DNA of 20,000 nt from Rhizaria sp. SCN 62-66 (taxonomy: Eukaryota), in the NCBI GenBank assembly GCA_001724265.1, contig MEDY01000079.1, forward strand, positions 113,245-133,244, given 5' to 3'. Position 1 is the stretch's first letter; each line of letters starts with the position of its first letter. A program made the position numbers and the translations under genes. The notes beneath the pieces were generated by a model that saw nothing but the letters and a program-made list of their open reading frames with translations, searched no databases and was not told the DNA's origin. This document shows positions 18,383 to 20,000 of this stretch, piece after piece.

Positions 18383-19186
18383 TCACTCTGATCTAAACCC
18401 ATCGCCCACTTGGTATCCGTCGTACTCATCCGCGATGTCCTCTCCGCTCAAGCGTGCCTCGAGTGCAGCGGCGTCGGTAACATCGCCGACAATAACGTCC
18501 ACAAGCTGGCGCAGTGCCACAGCCAAATCCCTCGTGTCGACAGGCACTGCTTCGTCCTGAAGCAGCTTTAAAAGCGCGTTGTGACCGCCATCCGCAAAGA
18601 AGGACGACAAAAACACGTTCCGGGGCTCGGTGACTTCGGTCAGCACCGTGGGGTCACCGTCTGTATCGCCAGTCGAAATCATGATCCGCAAATTATGAAG
18701 CAGATGATAATAAAGTGGCTGCGAGGTTGTGAATTGAGCAGCAGCTACCAGAGACCATGTGCAGTAGCGAAACGCGCCGCATTTATGCAGCTTCCGCGCC
18801 ACAGCCCCCTGGGTTGTGTTGACTTGGGCTGTCACGGTCAGCGCGTTGTGTAGCGCCCACAGCATGTCGCACGCTAGCGTCCACAGACCGAGCTTGCTAT
18901 CGTCGTCAACGCCGCCGCTCAGCGCGGGCGGCACAGGCACGACCGGGACTAACGCCTGGAGCGCGCCCGCGGCCAGAATGCGCGCCACCATCGTGGGTCC
19001 ATCGGCCATCAGGTCCGACAGCAGCCATAGTAGCGTCTGATTGTATCGGCATCGCGCGGTCCCAGTGCCGCAGCCAGCCGGCAGCCGGCGCAGGTGCACC
19101 AACGTGGGCGCCGTGAAGACCTGCGTGGGCATTTCAGGGTCGAGCGCGACAATCTCGCGAAGGAAAGTCAGCAAATGCGCACGCCT
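18383..19186 (-). CDS. Divergent ARM-repeat (importin-alpha-like) protein, copy 2; 5' end unresolved (terminal exon, truncated gene or pseudogene)
   Basis: Colinear with the C-terminal half of copy 1 (GAFRYCTWSLVAAA / GLEYCTRVLLAAA; ISTGDTDGDPTVLTEVTEPRNVF / IAIGDTDPDATVMTEGMTPHNAF). ARM H3-like motifs LWLLSDL and LWALHNAL; acidic tail. Open from just after the TAG at 19189-19187; first ATG at 19132; ends in TGA. Confidence 0.65.
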   Translation of the reverse strand, partial: RRAHLLTFLREIVALDPEMPTQVFTAPTLVHLRRLPAGCGTGTARCRYNQTLLWLLSDLMADGPTMVARILAAGALQALVPVVPVPPALSGGVDDDSKLGLWTLACDMLWALHNALTVTAQVNTTQGAVARKLHKCGAFRYCTWSLVAAAQFTTSQPLYYHLLHNLRIMISTGDTDGDPTVLTEVTEPRNVFLSSFFADGGHNALLKLLQDEAVPVDTRDLAVALRQLVDVIVGDVTDAAALEARLSGEDIADEYDGYQVGDGFRSE

Positions 19187-19413
19187 CTAGGTGTTGCCGT
19201 GCAGCTGCTCACAAATATTTGCTTGAATCACCAGCAACAAGCTAGCGGATGCTCATCTCACGTGAGTTGAGCAGATATAACCGAACAAATGTCCAGGTTC
19301 ATACCTTAAACTAAAAGGATTGCTCCCTTTTGTTTTGACAGTTGAACCTGAGACCCTCGCTCAGCTGCATTATTTTGACGATGTTGAGAGCACTCAGGGG
19401 CGAAGCTTTGAAC

Positions 19414-19506
19414 CTGACAAACAATAAATGAATCGATATGAAAAAATGTCAAAAATAAATTACAGAAATAATTAACATGTTAACATAAATCAAACAATCT
19501 AATTAC
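19414..19506 (-). other. Candidate intron upstream of ARM copy 2 (93 nt)
   Basis: Minus strand: TTG|GTAATT donor, very T-rich body, TTGTTTGTCAG|GT acceptor. A second strong donor, AAG|GTATGA, follows at 19304. Confidence 0.55.
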
Positions 19507-19927
19507 CAATTAGCATAATCCAATTGACTGTATTCTCGTTGATCTCACGGTCATATAATGTACGCTGACTCCGTTCACTGCAGTGTCCGCTGGTGCAGCA
19601 ATTCAGGTATTGAAACAACGGGCATCTAGTTATAAGTAAAATCCATTAGTGGTGTCAATATAATCATCATACACAAGAGCTACCGCGCTTTTGGCAGTAA
19701 TCTATAGAGAATCTCACATAGGTGGGATGCCTTAAGATTCAAATGCAAAAACACGCGCACGAGCTGAAATAACGCTTCAGCTCGCCCTCCCTTAGTAAGT
19801 ACTGAGTGTTGTGACACCGGGGGTGTGGAGGTACGAAGACAAAGTTGATAAAGTGCAATGCTTTAACGTCGAATGGAAGAGAAGAAAAGAATAAAACGGA
19901 ACAACAGAACAACAGCAGCAACAACAA

Positions 19928-19935
19928 ACACACAC

Positions 19936-20000
<65 letters not shown>
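19928..20000. repeat. (AC)n/(GT)n microsatellite running to the window end
   Basis: ~36 dinucleotide units with one A>G interruption at 19940, preceded by a degenerate (AAC/CAG) stretch. Confidence 0.98.

Noticed and set aside
19739-19999. Minus-strand (CV)n ORFs
   Set aside because: Translation artefacts of the (GT)n microsatellite.
1-20000. CRISPR arrays, tRNA/rRNA genes, transposase or reverse-transcriptase ORFs, prokaryotic operons or defence systems
   Set aside because: No repeat-spacer array, cloverleaf or mobile-element protein motif was seen, and spliceosomal introns and gene content show the DNA is eukaryotic. Small ncRNAs cannot be excluded without a covariance-model search.

Overview
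Gene-dense eukaryotic DNA, probably from a protist: very GC/CpG-rich coding regions, AT-rich spacers and short (~90-130 nt) GT-AG introns. It is not prokaryotic. Left to right: (1) the 5' part of an ER glucosidase II alpha subunit (GH31) on the minus strand, running off the window and therefore missing from the ORF track; (2) head-to-head with it, an intronless ~2224-aa ABCA-family full transporter with degenerate catalytic motifs in both nucleotide-binding domains; (3) a three-exon ~1496-aa Wee1/Myt1-family kinase with large kinase-domain insertions and SQ/TQ clusters; (4) convergent with it, a minus-strand cluster of two divergent importin-alpha-like ARM-repeat paralogues, one followed in the same frame, after a single TAG, by a degenerate cyclophilin-like domain; (5) a (CA)n microsatellite at the window end. 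The strongest candidates for undescribed biology are the ARM-TAG-pseudocyclophilin locus and the doubly degenerate ABCA. All family assignments come from motifs recognised by eye; no database search was run.
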